NCBI GenBank assembly: GCA_963662585.1 | Contig: OY759729.1 | Coordinates: 2,240,001 to 2,304,000, forward strand | Length of the DNA: 64,000 nucleotides | Direction: 5' to 3' | Origin: Candidatus Cloacimonadales bacterium | Lineage (GTDB): Bacteria > Cloacimonadota > Cloacimonadia > Cloacimonadales > JAFGVF01 | Made by a program: the position numbers and the translations under genes | Shown: positions 42,435 through 52,470 of the stretch, piece after piece | How the letters are laid out: each line of letters opens with the position of its first letter | Position numbering within the stretch: the stretch's first letter is position 1 | Notes under the pieces: model-generated | Told to the model about the DNA's origin: nothing | The model's database searches: none | What the model saw: the letters and a program-made list of their open reading frames with translations, nothing else

Positions 42435-43799
42435 ATGTTCAACGATTTATCAGATAGATTAGATAAAGTATTTAGAAATTTAAAAGGGAAAGGAAAATTA
42501 TCGGAAAAGAATATTAAAGATTCTCTTCGCGAAATCAGAATGGCCCTTTTAGAAGCTGATGTTAATTATAAGATTGTCAAAAACTTTGTTAAAGATATAG
42601 AAGAACAGTGTCTTGGACAAGAGGTAATGAAGTCTCTTACTCCAGGTCAACAAGTGGTTAAAATAGTTAACACTGAGCTAACAAAACTCATGGATACAGG
42701 TGGATTTGAAGTTAAACTCCATGATAATAAAATTAATAAGATTATGTTAGTTGGTCTGCAAGGTTCAGGTAAAACAACTGCTTGTTCAAAATTAGCTACT
42801 CATTTTAGAAAGCAGAAAAATATCTTCCCTGCTCTGGTTGCTTGTGATGTCTATCGTCCTGCAGCTATCCATCAATTAGAGGTTCTTGGAAAAGAGATAG
42901 GGATTCCAGTTCATTCAAATTTAGAAAGTAAAGATGTGGTAAAAATTGCTAAAGATGCCTTGGCAATAGCTAATCAAAAGAATCAGAACTTGGTTATTTT
43001 TGATACAGCAGGAAGACTTCATATCGATTCAGATATGATGGAAGAGGTTGAAAAACTTAAAGATTTCATAAAGCCTGATTATATCTTCTTTGTTGCTGAT
43101 GCTATGACTGGTCAAGATGCTGTTAATGTTGCTAAAGAATTCCATGCTAGATTAGACTTTTCTGGTGTAATCTTAACTAAATTAGATGGTGATTCTCGTG
43201 GTGGTGCAGCTCTCTCAATTAAAGCAATTACTAACAAGCCAATCGCTTTTGTAGGTGTTGGTGAAAGACCTAGTGATTTAGAAGTCTTCTATGCAGATAG
43301 AATGGCATCAAGAATTCTCGGAATGGGTGATGTTCTTACTCTTATCGAAAAAGCTGAAACTTCTATGAATGAAGAAGAAGCTGAAAAACTATCTAAGAAA
43401 CTTAAAAAGAATCAGTTTGATTTAGATGATTTTTTAAAACAACTTCAACAAATAAAAAAGATGGGTCCACTTGAAGGACTTCTCAAAATGATTCCTGGAA
43501 TGAATTCAAAAGCTCTAGAAGGGGCAAATCTCAATGGTAAAGAACTTACTCATGTTGAGGCTATTATTTATTCTATGACTGCTAAAGAACGCACTGATCC
43601 TAAAATTATTAATGGAAGCAGACGCCTAAGAATTGCTCAAGGATCTGGCAGAACTGTACAAGAAGTGAATAAGTTACTTAAACAATTTGACCAAATGAAA
43701 GATATGATTAAAAAGATGAATAATCCTAAAATGATGAAGAAAATGGCTAAAATGGGTGGACAAGGAATGCCTGAAATTCCTGGAATGCCTAAATTCTAG
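42435..43799 (+). CDS. ffh: Signal recognition particle protein
   Basis: ALLEADVN, GLQGSGKTT, DTAGR, TKLDGDSRGGAALS, Met-rich M domain. Confidence 0.98.
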   Translation: MFNDLSDRLDKVFRNLKGKGKLSEKNIKDSLREIRMALLEADVNYKIVKNFVKDIEEQCLGQEVMKSLTPGQQVVKIVNTELTKLMDTGGFEVKLHDNKINKIMLVGLQGSGKTTACSKLATHFRKQKNIFPALVACDVYRPAAIHQLEVLGKEIGIPVHSNLESKDVVKIAKDALAIANQKNQNLVIFDTAGRLHIDSDMMEEVEKLKDFIKPDYIFFVADAMTGQDAVNVAKEFHARLDFSGVILTKLDGDSRGGAALSIKAITNKPIAFVGVGERPSDLEVFYADRMASRILGMGDVLTLIEKAETSMNEEEAEKLSKKLKKNQFDLDDFLKQLQQIKKMGPLEGLLKMIPGMNSKALEGANLNGKELTHVEAIIYSMTAKERTDPKIINGSRRLRIAQGSGRTVQEVNKLLKQFDQMKDMIKKMNNPKMMKKMAKMGGQGMPEIPGMPKF

Positions 43800-43821
43800 T
43801 ATTTAGCTTAAATAAAGACTT

Positions 43822-43864
43822 AAGCCCTTGCTTACTTATAGATAGTAAACAAGGGTTTTTTTTT
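43822..43864 (+). terminator. Rho-independent terminator after ffh
   Basis: CCCTTGCTTACT...AGTAAACAAGGG followed by T9. Confidence 0.8.
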
Positions 43865-43873
43865 GCTTCACTT

Positions 43874-44035
43874 TCAAGTAGAGTGGGAACTAAATCTAAT
43901 AGTAAATCAAGAATCTTCAAAATCTTCTTAGCTGCAGAGGCAGCGGCACATCTAAGGCTTTTTGTGTCGCTCCTCTGCAGCTTAGATAATTGTTAGGCAT
44001 CTGTTATCTACAAAGATTTCGCTGCCTCTGCAGCT
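43874..44035. repeat. 72-bp dispersed repeat (copy 1) ending in an AGCTGCAGAGGCAGCG REP-like unit, with two inverted units
   Basis: 43874-43945 matches 59402-59473 with 2 mismatches; inverted units at 43968-43982 and 44020-44035. Confidence 0.9.
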
Positions 44036-44454
44036 GGTAGAATGGTGCCTTTTTTTTGCTTCTTGAACTTTATATTAGCTATGTCTCCTCATCCCTTTCT
44101 CCTTCTCACAGATCTTGAATAAATTCTGAATAATGATTGAATTGAGAGAGAATGAGGAGGGAAAGACAATTAATAATGAAAGGAGAGAATAGTATCAATG
44201 TATATATATTTTGGGTAGTATTTACTCAAAACTAAAAGAAAATCGGTATAAAATTATTTAAAACTTATAGAAAAGAATCCCAAATATAAATAAAAAAAGA
44301 TTTAAAAGTCTTGAAAAATATAAGAATAAAACACAATAAATCCCTAAATAAAAGGCTAAAGCGAGAAAAAGAAAATAATAGTACGATTTGTCTTGACACA
44401 ATTTATCGATAGTAAAATATCGTAACTAATAAAAAGATAATAACGGAGGAAAAG

Positions 44455-44856
44455 ATGGAGACATGTGTAATCAGGCTTAGAATGAGTCAAGCAGATGCCC
44501 ATTATGGAGGCAACTTAGTAGATGGAGCCAAGATGTTACAGTTGTTTGGCGATGTAGCAACAGAGTTGTTGATAAGAAATGATGGAGACGAAGGCTTATT
44601 TGCTGGATACGATTCAACTCAGTTTTTAGCACCGGTTTATGCCGGCGATTATATTGAAGCATGTGGCAAGATTGTCAGTGTAGGAAACTCTTCACGCAGA
44701 ATGGAGTTTGAAGCTCGCAAGGTAATAGTTTCAAAGCCAGATATTAGTGATTCTGCTGCTGAAATATTAGAGCAACCCATTGTAGTATGTAGGGCTGTGG
44801 GAACTTGTGTAGTACCAAAAGATAAACAAAGATTTAAAAACAAGCAAAGTGCTTAG
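44455..44856 (+). CDS. kal: 3-aminobutyryl-CoA ammonia-lyase (hotdog fold)
   Basis: [37 protein letters not shown]....[12 protein letters not shown]. Confidence 0.93.
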   Translation: METCVIRLRMSQADAHYGGNLVDGAKMLQLFGDVATELLIRNDGDEGLFAGYDSTQFLAPVYAGDYIEACGKIVSVGNSSRRMEFEARKVIVSKPDISDSAAEILEQPIVVCRAVGTCVVPKDKQRFKNKQSA

Positions 44857-44864
44857 GAAGTCTT

Positions 44865-45629
44865 ATGAATAGCGTCTTATTTGAAAAGAGAGATAAAATC
44901 GGGCAGATTATTATTAATCGTCCTGAGTCCTTGAATGCTTTAAACTCTTCTGTATTAATAGCCTTGAATGAAGTGTTGGCAGAAATTGAACAAGATGAAG
45001 AATTACGCGTGGTAATTATTACTGGCAGTGGTCGTTCATTTGTTGCAGGAGCTGATATAAAAGAGATGCAAGCTTATGATTCTCTAGAAGCAAGAAAATA
45101 TGCAGAATTAGGTTTAAGTACCATGCAAAGGGTTGAAGATTTAAAAATCCCAGTCATAGCGAGTGTAAATGGCTTCGCTTTAGGTGGGGGATGTGAACTA
45201 GCTCTTGCCTGTGAAATAAGATATGCTTCAGATAAGGCTAAATTTGGGCAACCAGAAGTTGGCTTAGGTATTACTCCTGGATTTGGTGGCACTCAACGCT
45301 TACCAAGATTAGTAGGTTTAGCCAATGCTAAAGAGCTGATTTATACAGGTAAAGTAATTGATGCCCAGGAAGCTTTAAGAATCGGATTAGTTAATAAAGT
45401 ATTTTCAGCTGAGACTTTAGAAGAAGAGACCATGAAGTTAGCTCAAGATATCGCAAAACAATCAACTACTGCTGTAAGATATGCCAAAATCTCTATTAAT
45501 AGAGGTTTTGATACAACTTTAGCAAATTCATTTGAATATGAAAAGAATCTATTTTCACTCTGCTTTTCTACAGAAGATCAGAAAGCAGGTATGCTTGCTT
45601 TTGTAGAGAAGAGAAAAGCCCAGTTTTAG
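44865..45629 (+). CDS. crt: Enoyl-CoA hydratase (crotonase)
   Basis: [48 protein letters not shown]. Confidence 0.95.
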   Translation: MNSVLFEKRDKIGQIIINRPESLNALNSSVLIALNEVLAEIEQDEELRVVIITGSGRSFVAGADIKEMQAYDSLEARKYAELGLSTMQRVEDLKIPVIASVNGFALGGGCELALACEIRYASDKAKFGQPEVGLGITPGFGGTQRLPRLVGLANAKELIYTGKVIDAQEALRIGLVNKVFSAETLEEETMKLAQDIAKQSTTAVRYAKISINRGFDTTLANSFEYEKNLFSLCFSTEDQKAGMLAFVEKRKAQF

Positions 45630-45637
45630 GAGAAACC

Positions 45638-46492
45638 ATGAAGATAGGAATTATTGGTGCCGGAACAATGGGATCCGGAATTGCTCAAGTATTTGCCATG
45701 CAAAATCATACTGTATTATTAAATGATTTAGAAGATAGTAGCTTAAACAAAGCTGTTAAAACAATAGAAAAAAGTTTAGATAGATTAGTAATGAAAGAGA
45801 AGATTGATGAAGCCAAGAAAGGGGAAGCTCTTTCTCACATTACTACAAGTGCTAACTTAGAAGACTTTTCTGATTTAGATTTAGTTATAGAGGCTGTTGC
45901 TGAAAAAATGGAAGTTAAAAAATCTTTGTTCAGCAAGCTTGATGTAATTTGTGGGAAAGAAACTATTTTCGCCACAAACACATCTTCATTATCAATTACC
46001 GATATAGCAAGTTCTACTCAAAGACCAGACAGAGTTATCGGAATGCATTTCTTTAATCCTGTTCCTCTTATGAAATTAGTTGAGATTATTAAAGGCTTAG
46101 CAACTTCACATGAGACTGTTATGAAGGTTAAAGAACTAACTAAAAATATTGAAAAAGAGCCAGTAGAAGTTAATGAAATGCCTGGTTTTGTGGTTAATAG
46201 AGTCTTAATCCCTATGATAAATGAAGCAATTGGTATTTTAGCAGATGATGTAGCTTCCGCTGAAGACATAGACAATGCTATGAAGTTAGGTGCTAATCAT
46301 CCAATCGGTCCATTAGCCTTGGCTGACTTAATTGGTAATGATGTCAATTTAGCTATCATGGATACTCTCTATGCAGAATTCGGTGACCCAAAATATAGAC
46401 CACATCCTTTATTAAAAAAATATGTTAAAGCAGGATTGTTAGGTAGAAAAAGCGGTAAAGGATTCTACGATTATACTAAAAAAGTAAGCTAG
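45638..46492 (+). CDS. hbd: 3-hydroxybutyryl-CoA dehydrogenase
   Basis: [45 protein letters not shown]. Confidence 0.96.
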   Translation: MKIGIIGAGTMGSGIAQVFAMQNHTVLLNDLEDSSLNKAVKTIEKSLDRLVMKEKIDEAKKGEALSHITTSANLEDFSDLDLVIEAVAEKMEVKKSLFSKLDVICGKETIFATNTSSLSITDIASSTQRPDRVIGMHFFNPVPLMKLVEIIKGLATSHETVMKVKELTKNIEKEPVEVNEMPGFVVNRVLIPMINEAIGILADDVASAEDIDNAMKLGANHPIGPLALADLIGNDVNLAIMDTLYAEFGDPKYRPHPLLKKYVKAGLLGRKSGKGFYDYTKKVS

Positions 46493-46563
46493 GACAAGTT
46501 TTGAATTCAGAATTTAGAAGATGATAAGTTAAATAATAATAGATAAGGACATGAGGTAAAAAG

Positions 46564-47703
46564 ATGGAATTTACATTTGCTAAGGAGTATGAAGTATGCC
46601 GAAGCATGTTTAGAGAGTTCGCTCAGAACGAAGTAAAACCTTTGGCTGAGGAAGTTGATGAAGAAGAAAGATTCCCGCTTGAGACAGTTAAAAAGATGGC
46701 TGCCTGTGGGATGATGGGTATTCCTATTCCCAAAGAGTATGGTGGAGAAGGTGCAGACACTTTAACCTATATTACAGCAGTAGAAGAGTTATCTAAAGTA
46801 TGTGGTACAACAGGAGTAATTCTTTCTGCTCACACATCTCTTTGTGCGGTTCCTATCTTAGAATATGGTACTGAAGAACAGAAACAGAAATACTTAGTTC
46901 CACTTGCTAAAGGTGAAAAGATTGGAGCCTTCGCATTAACAGAAGCAAATGCTGGTACAGACGCTGCAGCTCAACAAACAATTGCTGAAGATTGCGGTGA
47001 TTATTATCTTATGAATGGAAGTAAAATATTCATCACTAATGCCGGATATGCTGATATCTTTATTATCATGGCTATGACAGACAAGAAAGCAGGAACTCGT
47101 GGTATTTCCGCCTTTATTCTAGAAAAAGGAATGTTAGGTTTTAGTATAGGAAAACATGAAAAAAAGATGGGAATCAGAGGTTCTTCAACCTGTGAGTTAA
47201 TCTTTGAAGATGTTAAGGTTCCTAAAGAAAATATGTTAGGCAAAATAGGAAAAGGTTTTGGACTTGCTATGAAAACCCTTGATGGTGGAAGAATTGGTAT
47301 TGCTGCTCAAGCACTTGGCTTAGCACAAGGTGCACTTGACGAGACTATCTCCTACACAATGGAAAGGAAACAATTTGGTAGAGCAATAGCAAAATTCCAA
47401 AATACTCAATTCCAAATAGCTGACATGCACTGCAAAACAGAAGCTGCACGAAATCTAGTTTATAAAGCAGCTTGGAAAAAAGATCAAAAACAAGCCTATT
47501 CTTTAGATGCTGCTATGGCAAAATTATTTGCTGCTGAAGTAGCAATGGAAGTAACAACCAAAGCTGTTCAACTTCATGGTGGCTATGGATATACTAGAGA
47601 ATATAGCGTGGAAAGAATGATGCGTGATGCTAAAATCACTGAAATATATGAAGGAACTTCAGAAGTTCAAAAAATGGTTATTGCTGGTTCAATTCTAAGG
47701 TAA
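46564..47703 (+). CDS. bcd: Butyryl-CoA dehydrogenase
   Basis: ALTE.NAGTDA, NGSKIFITN, KMGIRGS.T, TLDGGRIGIAAQ, RDAKITEIYEGTSEVQ; lies in the crt-hbd-etf cluster. Confidence 0.93.
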   Translation: MEFTFAKEYEVCRSMFREFAQNEVKPLAEEVDEEERFPLETVKKMAACGMMGIPIPKEYGGEGADTLTYITAVEELSKVCGTTGVILSAHTSLCAVPILEYGTEEQKQKYLVPLAKGEKIGAFALTEANAGTDAAAQQTIAEDCGDYYLMNGSKIFITNAGYADIFIIMAMTDKKAGTRGISAFILEKGMLGFSIGKHEKKMGIRGSSTCELIFEDVKVPKENMLGKIGKGFGLAMKTLDGGRIGIAAQALGLAQGALDETISYTMERKQFGRAIAKFQNTQFQIADMHCKTEAARNLVYKAAWKKDQKQAYSLDAAMAKLFAAEVAMEVTTKAVQLHGGYGYTREYSVERMMRDAKITEIYEGTSEVQKMVIAGSILR

Positions 47704-47716
47704 AAAAGGAGAGGAA

Positions 47717-48502
47717 ATGAAAATAGTAGTATGTATTAAACAAGTTCCTAACACTAATGAAATTAGGATTGACCCAATAAAAGGTACTTTGATTAGAGAT
47801 GGGGTTGATAGCATTATGAACCCTGATGATAAAGCAGGATTAGAGACTGCTCTCGAGCTTAAAGATAATAATCCTGATACTACAATAACTGTTATTACAA
47901 TGGGTCCTCAACAGGCAACTGCTGTTCTTAGAGAAGCTATTGCTATGGGTGCAGATGATGCAGTTCTTTTAACAGATAGAACTTTTGCAGGTGCTGATAC
48001 TTGGGCAACTTCTTTAACCATTGCTAATGCAATAAGAAAAATTGGTTTTGATCTCATAGTATGTGGTCGTCAAGCAATTGATGGTGATACTGCCCAAGTT
48101 GGTCCTCAAATTGCTGAACATCTAAGTATTCCACATGTTAGTTATGTCTCTGCAGTAGAGCATAAAGGTGATTATCTCATAGTGAAAAGAGAATTTGAAG
48201 ACTTCTATCAAAGAATTAAAGTTCCTACTCCTTGCTTAATTACAGCTTTATCAAGTATGAATAAACCTCGCTATATGAGAGTGGGAAGAATCTTCGATGC
48301 CTATAGGAATTTAGAAATTAAGACTATGGGACAAGTAGATATTAATGTAGATGCTGAAGAACTTGGCTTAAAAGGTTCTCCAACAAAAGTTAGAAAAACT
48401 GAAACAAAACAGGCTAAGAAGAGTGGAGTAGTACTAGAATTAGATGCTAAGGATAGTGCTGAAAAAATTATCAAAACCTTAGCTGAAAAATATATTATCT
48501 AA
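47717..48502 (+). CDS. etfB: Electron transfer flavoprotein beta subunit
   Basis: VCIKQVP, NPDD motif typical of bifurcating Etf, GADTWATS, GRQAIDGDTAQVGP. Confidence 0.96.
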   Translation: MKIVVCIKQVPNTNEIRIDPIKGTLIRDGVDSIMNPDDKAGLETALELKDNNPDTTITVITMGPQQATAVLREAIAMGADDAVLLTDRTFAGADTWATSLTIANAIRKIGFDLIVCGRQAIDGDTAQVGPQIAEHLSIPHVSYVSAVEHKGDYLIVKREFEDFYQRIKVPTPCLITALSSMNKPRYMRVGRIFDAYRNLEIKTMGQVDINVDAEELGLKGSPTKVRKTETKQAKKSGVVLELDAKDSAEKIIKTLAEKYII

Positions 48503-48514
48503 GGGGACTGAATC

Positions 48515-49537
48515 ATGAATAACGAATTAATCAAAAAAGTAATGGTATTTGTTGAAACAAGAAATGATGTGATTCAGACTGTTGGATTAGAGTTGATTGG
48601 TAAAGCTCGAGACTTAGCTGATGTACAAAATGGTCAAGTTATTGCTGTTGTTCTTGGGGATAAAATTAGTGAACAAGATGCTCAAGACTTAATAATCCAT
48701 GGTGCAGACCAAGCGATTATCGCAAATCATAAATTATTAAAGACCTATATGAATGAACCTTATACTCAAGTCTTAGTTAATATTATGCAAGATGTTAAAC
48801 CTGATTCTGCCTTGTTTGGAGCTTCTACTATTGGTAGAGATTTAGCTCCAAGAGTGTCAGCTAGACTTCATACTGGCTTAACTGCTGACTGTACTGGCTT
48901 AGAAATTGATGAAGTGAGTGGTTTATTACTTATGACAAGACCTGCCTTTGGGGGAAACCTCTTTGCTACTATTATCTGTCCAGATCATAAACCACAAATG
49001 GCTTCTGTAAGACCAGGAGTGATGCAGAAAAAAGAAAAAGATGATTCTCGCCAAGGTCAAATAACTTTTTTGGATATTGAATTGGATAGTTCTGCTCTCA
49101 CTTATGAAGTCTTAGAAGAAGTAGCAATAGTTAAGACTAAAAAGAACATCGAAGATGCTAATATTTTAGTTTCAGCTGGTAGAGGAGTTGGTAATCCTGC
49201 TAATTTTAATAAACTTCATGATTTAGCTAATAGCTTAGGCGCTGCCATCTCAGGCTCAAGAGCTGTGGTTGATGCAGGTTGGATTGATCATGCTCAACAA
49301 GTGGGACAGACAGGAAAAACAGTCCGCCCTGAAGTGTATTTCGCACTGGGAATCTCAGGTGCTATTCAGCATATTGCTGGAATGGAAGAGTCTGAATTGA
49401 TTATCGCTATTAACAAAAACCCTGAAGCCCCAATCTTTGAAGTTGCTGATTTAGGACTTGTGGGTGATGTTAACCAAATTATTCCTGAATTAGTCAAAGC
49501 TCTTAATAACCTTAAAGAATTAAAGAAAAATAATTAG
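48515..49537 (+). CDS. etfA: Electron transfer flavoprotein alpha subunit
   Basis: TGLTADCT, TRPAFGGN, QVGQTGKTV.P, GISGAIQH.AGM. Confidence 0.96.
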   Translation: MNNELIKKVMVFVETRNDVIQTVGLELIGKARDLADVQNGQVIAVVLGDKISEQDAQDLIIHGADQAIIANHKLLKTYMNEPYTQVLVNIMQDVKPDSALFGASTIGRDLAPRVSARLHTGLTADCTGLEIDEVSGLLLMTRPAFGGNLFATIICPDHKPQMASVRPGVMQKKEKDDSRQGQITFLDIELDSSALTYEVLEEVAIVKTKKNIEDANILVSAGRGVGNPANFNKLHDLANSLGAAISGSRAVVDAGWIDHAQQVGQTGKTVRPEVYFALGISGAIQHIAGMEESELIIAINKNPEAPIFEVADLGLVGDVNQIIPELVKALNNLKELKKNN

Positions 49538-49562
49538 ATCCTGATACATATAACATATAACT

Positions 49563-49596
49563 AGGGGAGATTCACATTAGTGGGTTTCCCTTTTTT
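49563..49596 (+). terminator. Rho-independent terminator after etfA
   Basis: GGGAGATTCAC-ATTA-GTGGGTTTCCC followed by T-tract. Confidence 0.75.
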
Positions 49597-49771
49597 AAAC
49601 CAGATAGTGTAGTTGAACTTTGTTGAAGAGTGCAGATTATTCTAGCAAAATAACTTACAGGATTTTGACGCATATAATATATATATTCGGAGAAATTATG
49701 GAAGTTACTTTTGTAGAACAATATAGTGCTAATCACAGAGGTCTACTGCACTGGCTGGGTTTAATACTCAA

Positions 49772-50431
49772 TTAATATCTTCCAATATCCTCTCTAACAC
49801 CAAAGTGGACTCTTGCTTTATATAGCTTTTCAACTTCTTCTTTATCCATAACTTGATAAGTGCCTAATTGCTTTAAATTAAAGAATATTTTGGCAAAATG
49901 CTCGAGAGTTTCCATACGATAATAAGCAGTCTCAACATCTCTTCCAAGAGTCAAAACTCCATGCTTCTCCAATAAAAAAGCTTCATAACTCTTAACATAT
50001 TTTTTAATATTATTAGGAAGAGAATCTGTGCCTGGAGTTCCATATTCCACTAAAGGAATTTTGCCAATAGAAACAATAACTTCTACTAAAATTGGTTCAT
50101 CTAGCGGGATTCCAGCAACTGCTAGAGTGGTTCCATATACAGGATGAGCATGGAATATACCATTAATATCGCTTCTCTCTTGATATACCATAATATGCAT
50201 TCTTATCTCTGATGAAGCTCTTCCTGATCCTTCTAAAATATTACCCTGCATATCACATAGTAAAATATCATCGTAAGTAAGATAACCCTTAGATTTTCCT
50301 GAAGCTGTAATTAAAAACTTGCTATCATCAAGCCTGATACTAATATTTCCATCATTAGAAGCAACAAAACCTCTATCATAAGCCCTTTTACCTAACTCTA
50401 TTATTCTATCTTTTTCTTCTTTGTAATTCAT
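49772..50431 (-). CDS. Class II aldolase/adducin-family protein (FucA-like)
   Basis: GNISIR, SSE..MH, HAHP.Y.T, LL.KHG; start moved to ATG 50431 with GGAGG RBS. Confidence 0.9.
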   Translation of the reverse strand: MNYKEEKDRIIELGKRAYDRGFVASNDGNISIRLDDSKFLITASGKSKGYLTYDDILLCDMQGNILEGSGRASSEIRMHIMVYQERSDINGIFHAHPVYGTTLAVAGIPLDEPILVEVIVSIGKIPLVEYGTPGTDSLPNNIKKYVKSYEAFLLEKHGVLTLGRDVETAYYRMETLEHFAKIFFNLKQLGTYQVMDKEEVEKLYKARVHFGVREDIGRY

Positions 50432-50828
50432 ATTATCCTCCATAGCGAAGATGGTTAGCAGGGGAATTTTGTCAAAGAAAATATCCCTGGATTGATAGAT
50501 TCTTTGTTTGAGAATGTTCAAATAACTTTTAAAACTAGCCACATTATCACACTTCTTAGAGAAAAAGCAGGAGACCGTTCAAATTAAGTTATTAAAAGCA
50601 GACTATGCCGTATATTAAAAATAGTTATTGACAAGTTGCTTCAAATATAATTAAATTAATTAAATAAATATTAGTATTCATAATTAACTTTGGATATCTA
50701 TTGAAAGTCAATAATAGATTCGAGAATTACATTCTGAGGATATTATTAATAACGAGTTGGAATGAACACAAACATCTGTAACTTAACTTTTTTCATAGAT
50801 CCTGGGGGAGGGAAAAATAAATAAAATT

Positions 50829-52457
50829 ATGTTTAAAGCAATGATATCAACAGTATTATTTCTATTTATTGGTATGCATGAATGTTATGCACAAGCATCA
50901 TTACAGGAAATCGTTAGATTCAATATCCCTATAGGCGAAAAATTTTGTTCTCACGTTGAGGCTGGTGGAGATATTAATGGAGATGGAAGACCTGATCTGG
51001 TATTCAGTTGTATTGATGAATTAAATTATTCAAATGCTCCCGTGTATATATATTATAGTGTACCGGATAGCAGTGCAGTGCCAGACCAAATACTAACTTC
51101 TCCATATCCTAATGAGGGAGGTTTTGGCTATAGCCTTGCTTACAAGGGAGATCTCAATGGGGATGGAATAAGTGATCTGACAATTGGATATGCAAACTAT
51201 GATTACAGACATGCCGGAGCAGTTCTGATCTATTACGGAGGAAGTCAACCATTTACTGAACCGGATGTTTTTATAAGTGGTGTCGGATTAGGTGAAACAC
51301 ATAGCTGGGATCTATTTTTTAGCGAAGATCTGATTACTGATTGTGATTTAAATGGTGATAGTATCAATGACCTCTTAGTATATGCTCCCGGACCTCAATA
51401 TGAGAATTGGGGTAATGTATATGCATTTTTAGGTGGAGAAACGTTCAATACAACTCCAACTTTGCACATCAGAGGTAGTGAATATGAAGAATATCTAGGT
51501 ATTAATATGAAAGTAGGTGACATAAACGGGGATGGTTATGACGAGATTGTACTCACAAATCGCACCCCGGTTAATCAAGAACAACCATGGGGACCATTTA
51601 ATTACTCGTTAAAGATATATCTGGGTGGGGATAATTTATCTGATATACCAATATATAATATACTACTAGGTAGTTCTCCTGATTTTGGACTTGCAGGAAT
51701 TATCGCCAATGGCGACCTGAATGGCGATGGATTTGATGATATTTTACTTTCTTGTGCAGACCTGAATGACCAATTGTTTAAGATTATCTATGGACAGAGT
51801 AATTTGGCTGAAATGGAACTAGTAGACTTATACTTACCAGAATTGATGTATGGTAGTGTTTTGTCCTATTGTAATTTAGATAATGATGATTATTCAGATT
51901 TCACCTTTCTTACTACAAAAATGTCCAATGATATTAATGATTTCTGGAGATTCTCGGTTTATAAGCAAGAATCGGAACAATTTGATATTCAATGGGATTA
52001 TCTAAATTCAGGATATGAAATAGATACAGGTTACGGATTGGGATACCCACTTAACGACATTACTGAAGATGGCTTTACTGACTTTTTTGTAAGATCTAGA
52101 ACTACATTCAATCCACCTATGCAAGCTTATGGAACAATCTTATCTGAAAATTATGTAAGTAATTCCGACGAACAAATCCAATCAGTAGTTAGAAATATTC
52201 TGTGTTACCCCAATCCTTTTCGGACTGGAGTTAATATAAGTTTATTAGATCCAGATAAATCTATACAATTAGCCTCGATAAATATCTATAATATTAAGGG
52301 TCAATTAGTGTATAATGGGGATATTCAGGAAGGGAAACAAATTCATTGGAACGGATTGGATAACCATGGCAATCAAGTTAGTTCAGGAATATACCTGATT
52401 AAAGCAACCGATAAAAAAAGTAACAGTTACACTACAAAAGTAGTGAATATAAAATAA
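50829..52457 (+). CDS. FG-GAP/integrin-alpha beta-propeller protein with T9SS-type CTD
   Basis: Repeated GD(I/L)NGDG..D motifs; YPNPF...IYNIKGQLV...WNG.D..G.QVSSGIY. Confidence 0.9.
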   Translation: MFKAMISTVLFLFIGMHECYAQASLQEIVRFNIPIGEKFCSHVEAGGDINGDGRPDLVFSCIDELNYSNAPVYIYYSVPDSSAVPDQILTSPYPNEGGFGYSLAYKGDLNGDGISDLTIGYANYDYRHAGAVLIYYGGSQPFTEPDVFISGVGLGETHSWDLFFSEDLITDCDLNGDSINDLLVYAPGPQYENWGNVYAFLGGETFNTTPTLHIRGSEYEEYLGINMKVGDINGDGYDEIVLTNRTPVNQEQPWGPFNYSLKIYLGGDNLSDIPIYNILLGSSPDFGLAGIIANGDLNGDGFDDILLSCADLNDQLFKIIYGQSNLAEMELVDLYLPELMYGSVLSYCNLDNDDYSDFTFLTTKMSNDINDFWRFSVYKQESEQFDIQWDYLNSGYEIDTGYGLGYPLNDITEDGFTDFFVRSRTTFNPPMQAYGTILSENYVSNSDEQIQSVVRNILCYPNPFRTGVNISLLDPDKSIQLASINIYNIKGQLVYNGDIQEGKQIHWNGLDNHGNQVSSGIYLIKATDKKSNSYTTKVVNIK

Positions 52458-52470
52458 AATGGAGGAAAAC

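Noticed and set aside
44040..44454. Lysine riboswitch upstream of kal
   Set aside because: The region is A-rich and unstructured by eye; only a TTGACA at 44393 with an ambiguous -10.
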